This document shows positions 6,238 through 6,276 of a stretch of DNA of 6,276 nt, piece by piece. Position 1 is the stretch's first letter, and every line of letters begins with the position of its first letter. The stretch is from an archaeon (GTDB taxonomy: Archaea; Iainarchaeota; Iainarchaeia; Iainarchaeales; CSSED10-239), in the NCBI GenBank assembly GCA_037147375.1, contig JBAWVI010000055.1:1-6276 (forward strand). The letters run 5' to 3'. Below the pieces are notes generated by a model that was not told where the DNA came from, searched no databases, and was given only the letters and a program-made list of their open reading frames with translations. The translations under genes were made by a program, and so were the position numbers.

Positions 6238-6276
6238 ATTAAATATAATTACCATTGTTTGAATATTGGTGTAAAC

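Noticed and set aside
6241-6248. TTATATTT (minus strand) as an archaeal TATA box or bacterial -10 promoter element
   Set aside because: It ends only 14 nt from the ATG, so an archaeal TSS about 26 nt downstream of its centre would fall inside the ORF. The best -35-like hexamer (TTCAAA) is only about 10 nt upstream instead of about 17. A/T-rich octamers are expected by chance at this composition.
1-6276. Additional genes, antisense ORFs, tRNA/ncRNA, CRISPR repeats, IS/transposon ends or tandem DNA repeats
   Set aside because: The + strand read in the phase I scanned is interrupted by taa/tag/tga every few codons. I saw no repeated DNA blocks, spaced direct repeats, terminal inverted repeats or GC-rich stem-loops typical of structured RNAs or terminators. 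An exhaustive six-frame or repeat search by software would still be advisable.

Overview
The whole 6,276-nt window is one uninterrupted minus-strand ORF. GC is roughly 29% by spot counts of several lines, and the + strand is strongly T-rich. The ATG is at 6226 (complement of 'cat' 6224-6226). An AAGGA Shine-Dalgarno-like motif lies 6 nt upstream, and an in-frame TAA lies four codons upstream. The ORF runs 2,075 codons to the left edge with no stop. I checked the frame triplet by triplet. The last full codon is 2-4, so the C-terminus lies outside the window. The product is a giant Asn/Ile/Lys/Tyr-rich protein with five parts. (1) A cytoplasmic head of about 163 aa, rich in Lys and Glu. (2) One very hydrophobic TM segment, giving an N-in signal-anchor topology. 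(3) A membrane-proximal stalk of five to seven diverged CarboxypepD_reg/PEGA-like beta-sandwich units. (4) About 850 aa that I cannot assign to any family, including a Trp/Tyr-rich stretch and one more CarboxypepD_reg-like unit. (5) A module with 9 Cys in 99 aa, followed by at least 339 further unassignable residues. I found no RNA genes, CRISPR arrays, mobile elements, DNA-level repeats or second genes. Only 50 nt of upstream DNA is visible, so no multi-gene system can be supported here. The novelty candidate is the giant orphan surface protein itself. Its composition and codon usage point to a low-GC prokaryote using the standard genetic code. The architecture is reminiscent of archaeal (methanogen/DPANN) or ultra-small-bacterium surface proteins, but the taxon cannot be determined without a database search.
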